A DNA stretch of 54,332 nt from Myxococcota bacterium (lineage in GTDB: Bacteria; Myxococcota_A; Bradymonadia; UBA7976; UBA1532): positions 1 to 54,332 of the forward strand of contig JAYZEG010000005.1 in NCBI GenBank assembly GCA_036337435.1, written 5' to 3'. Positions 50,095-54,332 of this stretch are shown here, piece by piece. Numbering within the stretch: the stretch's first letter is position 1; each line of letters starts with the position of its first letter. A program made the translations under genes and the position numbers. The notes beneath the pieces are model-generated. The model was not told the origin of the DNA. It was given only the letters and a program-made list of their open reading frames with translations, and ran no database searches.

Positions 50095-51182
50095 AGCATG
50101 GCTAGAAGGACGGTCGCTACAATTGTTGCGACCACCATCAGTGCCATGAGCATTCTCTCTCGCTTCTTCGCTTCGTCACGCTTCAGACGAATATGAATGC
50201 TCGGTGTATGTTCACCCTGCTCGCTCGCAAATTCTAAGGATTCTAAGGCTTGTTCTGCCGATTGAAACCGCCTTTCCGGTTCCCTCGCCATCATCTGTTC
50301 GAGAAAGATTCTTAATCCATGAGGCACATCCGTTCGGTGCTGCACGATAGGAATGGGGACCCCACGTACGTGTTCAGCGAGGAGTTCGGCCAATGACTGT
50401 CCTGGAAAGGGCCTCGCACCAGCGAGCAGTTCATAGAGTGTCACCCCAAGCGCATACAAGTCTGTTTTTGGATCCAGAATGCCGCGCATGATTGTTTCCG
50501 GTGCCATGTAGGCTGGGCTGCCGACCACTTGTCCAGTCATGGTGATCGCGGTGGGGTCATCGTCATCATCACCCAGGTGTTTTGCTAGACCGAAGCCGGT
50601 GAGACGGCACGCGACGCCACCGCCGACACGATTGGAAATTATGATTGCATCGGGTGTGATATCGCGATGCAGAACATTAGCGCGATGGGCGGCATCAAGC
50701 GCTCTCAGTACATGTCTTGCGCACGTTCGAACCAATTCTATTGACAGGCGTCCACCTAGTCGCAGCCGATCGCCAGCAGAGCCTCCGCCTACATATTCCA
50801 GTGCCATGTAGGGCGCGTTTCCCTCGGCAAAACCGGAATCATAGAGCCTCACAAGGTGGTCGCTTCGAAGCTTACCCCATGTCTCAACTTCGCGCCTAAA
50901 GCGGGCATGGTCAGCTGGTTTGACGATGGTGTTCTCTGGGAGGAGTCTGAGTTCGACCTCTCGCTCGAGCTGAATTTGACGCGCACGGAAAGTTCGCCCT
51001 GCCCCTGTCCTATGCGTGATTTCTTCGAGGAGTTCGTACTTTCCAGCGACTTGGTCTCCTGGTGCAAGGGCTTTACGCGCAGCTACATCATCCCCTACGA
51101 CGTAGAGCGGAGACCCGTCTTCAGGACAGCGGTCTAATGAGCCACCTGGGTAGACTCGTTCACATAAGGGACAAATTAACAC
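50091..51182 (-). CDS. Ser/Thr kinase-like protein with degenerate catalytic motifs (probable pseudokinase), zinc ribbon, C-terminal TM
   Basis: CPLC..CPED, VELR in place of VAIK, HRDITPDA, TGFG in place of DFG, intact GSPAYMAPE. Confidence 0.82.
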   Translation of the reverse strand: MLICPLCERVYPGGSLDRCPEDGSPLYVVGDDVAARKALAPGDQVAGKYELLEEITHRTGAGRTFRARQIQLEREVELRLLPENTIVKPADHARFRREVETWGKLRSDHLVRLYDSGFAEGNAPYMALEYVGGGSAGDRLRLGGRLSIELVRTCARHVLRALDAAHRANVLHRDITPDAIIISNRVGGGVACRLTGFGLAKHLGDDDDDPTAITMTGQVVGSPAYMAPETIMRGILDPKTDLYALGVTLYELLAGARPFPGQSLAELLAEHVRGVPIPIVQHRTDVPHGLRIFLEQMMAREPERRFQSAEQALESLEFASEQGEHTPSIHIRLKRDEAKKRERMLMALMVVATIVATVLLAML

Positions 51183-51316
51183 CTACTAAACATGCCGTGT
51201 GCAGTCCGTCTGTGCAAGATTGCGATGATTGAAAAATTCAATCCAGGTTCGATTGTTGGCCGGCGCTGTTTGTCAATTTCGTTGACGTCTGACGTTGCAA
51301 TGCCAAATATGGGCGT

Positions 51317-52237
51317 ATGAATGTATCCATGAACTCGATATTCGTTTTGTCTTTTGTGTTTTTCGGCTGTTCTTTTCTGGATGAACCGCCGCCCTACCCG
51401 AACCTAGGAACAAATGACATGGGGCAGTCCGATACAGAGGCCGGTCGTCACAGAGATTTCGGGAATCGGACTCCGGATGCCTTCGTGCCCCAGAGACCAC
51501 CATCGAGACCACGAGATGCAGCCGTTGATGCTGAGGCTAATCCAGTGCCCGATGTCCAAATACCCGATGCAGCAGTGGCACATGATGCATCGGCGACGGA
51601 TGCCGATCTGGGACTTCGGACATGCCAAGAACGCTGCACCCGCGAAGATGACTGTAATAATGATTCGACGTGCGCGGATGGTCTCTGTATCCCGGTTGTT
51701 TGTGCTCTACCGGGTCTTTGTTTGGCGCGATTATCTGGCTGGAACGTGAATTGTGGGGAAAACCAACGCTGTCCCGACGGATTTGGTTGCGTCGCCATTG
51801 GTGTGACAGGTCTGTGCGCTCCATTTGTTATGGTCAATGCCAACGGGGATAATAATTGTCCGAATGGTCAAGAACCAACTGAGCAGCGTCGATTTGATCA
51901 GAGCTTAATTACCGTTTGTGGATACGCAAATGCGGCGTGCCGCAACCAGGTATGCAGTCTTGGCTGTACCCAAGATGCGGATTGCTCGGACCCGCGTCGA
52001 CCGGTTTGTGACCAGGAGTCGGGGGACTGCATTTGTTCGGACACAAGCTGTCGTGAGGATGGTTCAATGTCGGTCTGTGGGGTTGATGGAACCTGTTTGT
52101 GCACACTAAATGAAGATTGTAACCCTCTTGGGCTCGACCGGTGTATTGATGGTCAATGTGGCTGTTCGTCTGTCGACGTATGTTCTGGTCAACCCGAACA
52201 TGTCTCAACCGAGGTTGTTTGCCAGCCGCCACGATAA
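51317..52237 (+). CDS. Cys-rich hypothetical lipoprotein
   Basis: Lipobox FFGC, Pro/Asp/Ala linker, repeated C..D.DC motifs. Start could be 51329. Confidence 0.75.
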   Translation: MNVSMNSIFVLSFVFFGCSFLDEPPPYPNLGTNDMGQSDTEAGRHRDFGNRTPDAFVPQRPPSRPRDAAVDAEANPVPDVQIPDAAVAHDASATDADLGLRTCQERCTREDDCNNDSTCADGLCIPVVCALPGLCLARLSGWNVNCGENQRCPDGFGCVAIGVTGLCAPFVMVNANGDNNCPNGQEPTEQRRFDQSLITVCGYANAACRNQVCSLGCTQDADCSDPRRPVCDQESGDCICSDTSCREDGSMSVCGVDGTCLCTLNEDCNPLGLDRCIDGQCGCSSVDVCSGQPEHVSTEVVCQPPR

Positions 52238-52292
52238 TGCCCAAGATGCTCACACGTGATTTCATCATCGCTATTCACTGGTCCGCCTACTT

Positions 52293-53732
52293 ATGAAGAA
52301 GGCACGACACGTACGTAAACTCCGCCGCATGCTCAAACGCGCTCGGTCATATTCGACTTGGCTGACGTATGCGGATGAACTCGACGCATGCCTAGAATTA
52401 GACCGATGGCGGCGGAGCCCAGAGTCAAATGTGTACAACTCAAAGAGCCTGCTGGAACATATTTCACGTCTCAAAGGGTATCGCTTGAGTGGATCTATCG
52501 GTGCTCTGCAAGAGTTTCTACCGGAGAGTCTCTACCAGAATTTAGGGTCTCTGAATTCAGAAACCCTTTATCGTGGTGCTTACGCTGGAACTAAAGACCT
52601 GGTTGTAGACTATTTTACGGAAGCGGTGGAGGGCATTGATTTTCTGGCCGATACCGACAATCCCGCTTGGAGTGAGCAAGAGAAACTGAATCGGTTTAGG
52701 CAAGCCCAAGAGAGCTTCGGACGGACGGCATTAATGCTGAGTGGCGGCGCAACGCTCGGTTATTATCACCTGGGTGTAGCCAAAGCACTATGGCAGGAAG
52801 GCTTACTTCCAAAAGTGATTTCTGGTTCGAGTATGGGGGCCATTATTGCGAGCTCAATTTGCACTCGTGCCGATAGCCAATTGGGCAGCTGGTTTGATGA
52901 GGCCATCTATGCTCCGGGCAAATCATTGGAACTACAAGGGCTGCTCGATGCGGTCAAAACCCGGTCGGTGCTCGACCAATCCGTTTTGCGAGCATCTTTA
53001 GAGCGAGCGATTCCGGACCTGACTTTTGGAGAATCCTTTGCGGTGAGCGGCCGCGTTCTCAATATTACAGTCTCACCCACTCGGGGTCGTCAAAAACCGC
53101 GCATACTCAATCACAGGACGGCTCCAGATGTTTACGTTATCGACGCGTGTCTTGCTTCGGCTGCGGTGCCAGGTCTGTTTAAGCCAGTGACCTTAAAAAA
53201 GAAAACACGCTCAGGTCGCCGGGTTGACTATCTTTCAAGCGAGAGATGGAGCGATGGATCTCTGACGGGCGACGTACCCAAAAAGCGATTGAGCCGCCTA
53301 CAGAATGTCAATCATTTCATTGTCAGCCAAACCAATCCCCATGTACTGCCTTTTGTGCAGGCGTCTTCTGGTCTTGGACCTGCTCGTCGAATCGCGACGG
53401 TCACAGGTGAATTCTTACGCGGTCAGACCAAGGCTTTTTTAGCGACAGGCCGACAGTTGGTTGATGGCAGCTCTCTAGAGTCATTGGTCAGAAGTGCCGA
53501 ATCCTTTATGACTCAAGATTACGGGGGGGACATCACGATTCACCCGAGTTTTGATCCCGCCCTCTATGTTCGCATGTTTTCTAACCCAAGCCCTGATGTG
53601 ATGGCTCGTTTTATTCTCGAGGGCCAGCGTTCGACATGGCCAATGCTCGAACAGATTAGGCTTCAAACTGCCATCGGCCGCGCTTTAAATGGGGCGATTG
53701 CACGCATCATCAAGCGCCAGCAGCGGACTTAA
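52293..53732 (+). CDS. Patatin-domain lipase of the DUF3336/TGL-SDP1 (triacylglycerol lipase) type
   Basis: N-terminal SY..W...A.ELD...W region, FGRTALMLSGGA, GSSMG, DGS and NHFIVSQTNPH motifs. Confidence 0.9.
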   Translation: MKKARHVRKLRRMLKRARSYSTWLTYADELDACLELDRWRRSPESNVYNSKSLLEHISRLKGYRLSGSIGALQEFLPESLYQNLGSLNSETLYRGAYAGTKDLVVDYFTEAVEGIDFLADTDNPAWSEQEKLNRFRQAQESFGRTALMLSGGATLGYYHLGVAKALWQEGLLPKVISGSSMGAIIASSICTRADSQLGSWFDEAIYAPGKSLELQGLLDAVKTRSVLDQSVLRASLERAIPDLTFGESFAVSGRVLNITVSPTRGRQKPRILNHRTAPDVYVIDACLASAAVPGLFKPVTLKKKTRSGRRVDYLSSERWSDGSLTGDVPKKRLSRLQNVNHFIVSQTNPHVLPFVQASSGLGPARRIATVTGEFLRGQTKAFLATGRQLVDGSSLESLVRSAESFMTQDYGGDITIHPSFDPALYVRMFSNPSPDVMARFILEGQRSTWPMLEQIRLQTAIGRALNGAIARIIKRQQRT

Positions 53733-53830
53733 ATACGAATTTAAGGGATTGCGGTATGCTCCAAATCTTCTTCGGCTGTTCAAGCGAAAAGGGAGTGGGC
53801 GATGACCGGATTAAACCCGGTTTCACCTCT

Positions 53831-53885
53831 TTATGACGCGCCGCGTTAATTTTGCGTTGACACGTTATGACGCGGCGCGTTATAA
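53831..53885. promoter_or_regulatory. Two palindromic operator-like sites TTATGACGC-N3-GCGTTA
   Basis: TTATGACGCGCCGCGTTAAT (53831-53850) and TTATGACGCGGCGCGTTATAA (53865-53885). The second fills the -35/-10 spacer. Confidence 0.7.
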
Positions 53886-53886
53886 A
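53857..53886 (+). promoter_or_regulatory. Sigma70-type promoter
   Basis: TTGACA (53857-53862), 18-nt spacer, TATAAA (53881-53886), upstream of the 53921 ORF. Confidence 0.7.
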
Positions 53887-53920
53887 GGACATGCTACGTT
53901 CAAGAATAAGGACTGAAAAC

Positions 53921-54332
53921 ATGTCAAACCTAGCAGAGAAATTACCGCGTTTCGTAAAAGATAAACTTGAAGTTGCCGAGTCCCGTCGACAAGACATCGT
54001 CAACAAATTGGATACCTGGGTCGAAACAAATCTACCCAACTCCGTTGTTGAACCGATCAAGACAGCGGAAAAAGTTTCGGTAGATGCAATTAAGGATGCC
54101 GCGACCGCAGCCGGCGACGAATTGGTGACTTTCATCCGTGACAAGTGGACGGTTCTGCGGGGCGGGAAAGAAACGGCACCAGCAGCAAGGACGCCTGTGC
54201 CAAAGACATCGGGCACAAAGAAGCCTGCTGCGAAGAAGCCTGCTGCAAAGAAGCCTGCTGCAAAGAAGCCTGCTGCAAAGAAGCCTGCTGCAAAGAAGCC
54301 TGCTGCAAAGAAGCCTGCTGCAAAGAAGCCTG
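53921..54332 (+). CDS. Partial gene: helical N-terminal domain and KKPAA-repeat tail (PhaF/AlgP/histone-H1-like)
   Basis: Not in the ORF track because there is no stop in the window. AAGGA RBS. Translates MSNLAEKLPRFVKDKLEVAESRRQDIVNKLDTWVET...SGT(KKPAA)n. Confidence 0.8.
   Translation, partial: MSNLAEKLPRFVKDKLEVAESRRQDIVNKLDTWVETNLPNSVVEPIKTAEKVSVDAIKDAATAAGDELVTFIRDKWTVLRGGKETAPAARTPVPKTSGTKKPAAKKPAAKKPAAKKPAAKKPAAKKPAAKKPAAKKP
54218..54332 (+). repeat. 15-bp tandem repeat AAGAAGCCTGCTGCA (KKPAA), 7 full copies plus a partial, running off the window
   Basis: Read directly. The first unit ends GCG and the others are identical. In frame with ATG 53921. Confidence 0.97.

Noticed and set aside
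51283..51297. TGACGT-CTG-ACGTTG as a third copy of the 53831/53865 operator
   Set aside because: It lacks the GC-N3-GC core and has several mismatches, so it could be chance.
54132..54323. Minus-strand ORF with QQASL repeats, and the 53710..54216 minus-strand ORF
   Set aside because: Antisense shadows of the KKPAA gene. The + strand has the promoter, RBS and a recognisable protein pattern.
54218..54332. Tandem repeat as a possible CRISPR array
   Set aside because: Contiguous 15-bp units with no spacers, in frame in a CDS, and no cas genes.

Overview
Gene-dense bacterial chromosomal window with about 37 protein-coding genes. I saw no rRNA, tRNA, CRISPR array, transposase, integrase or phage genes. 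The gene content points to a Myxococcota/Bradymonadia-like predatory bacterium (inference): many Cys-rich lipoproteins with acidic DAG/DMG linkers, CGDG repeats, an FG-GAP/CARDB protein, PEGA proteins and zinc-ribbon Ser/Thr kinases. GC looks only moderate by eye. Housekeeping genes include cysD, cysNC, recN, a lysC-lysA fusion, ctaA, tatD, a trmJ-like methyltransferase, an acyl-CoA dehydrogenase and an NCS1 transporter. Points of most interest: (1) a five-gene minus-strand cluster (36816-42356) joining a predicted outer-membrane beta-barrel with a C-terminal CxGGxC motif to three exported WCxxC thioredoxin-fold proteins, with two more paralogous WCGAC lipoproteins elsewhere, a candidate envelope or surface thiol-redox system; (2) a KKPAA-repeat PhaF/histone-H1-like gene, missed by the ORF track and cut by the window end, next to a TAG-lipase-type patatin and preceded by a near-consensus sigma70 promoter carrying two palindromic operators; (3) paired LexA-like boxes forming a 13-bp inverted repeat at recN; (4) a probable pseudokinase; (5) a degenerate APS-kinase domain in CysNC; (6) a candidate multi-stem RNA at 36664-36773. 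All family assignments come from reading motifs by eye, not from database searches.
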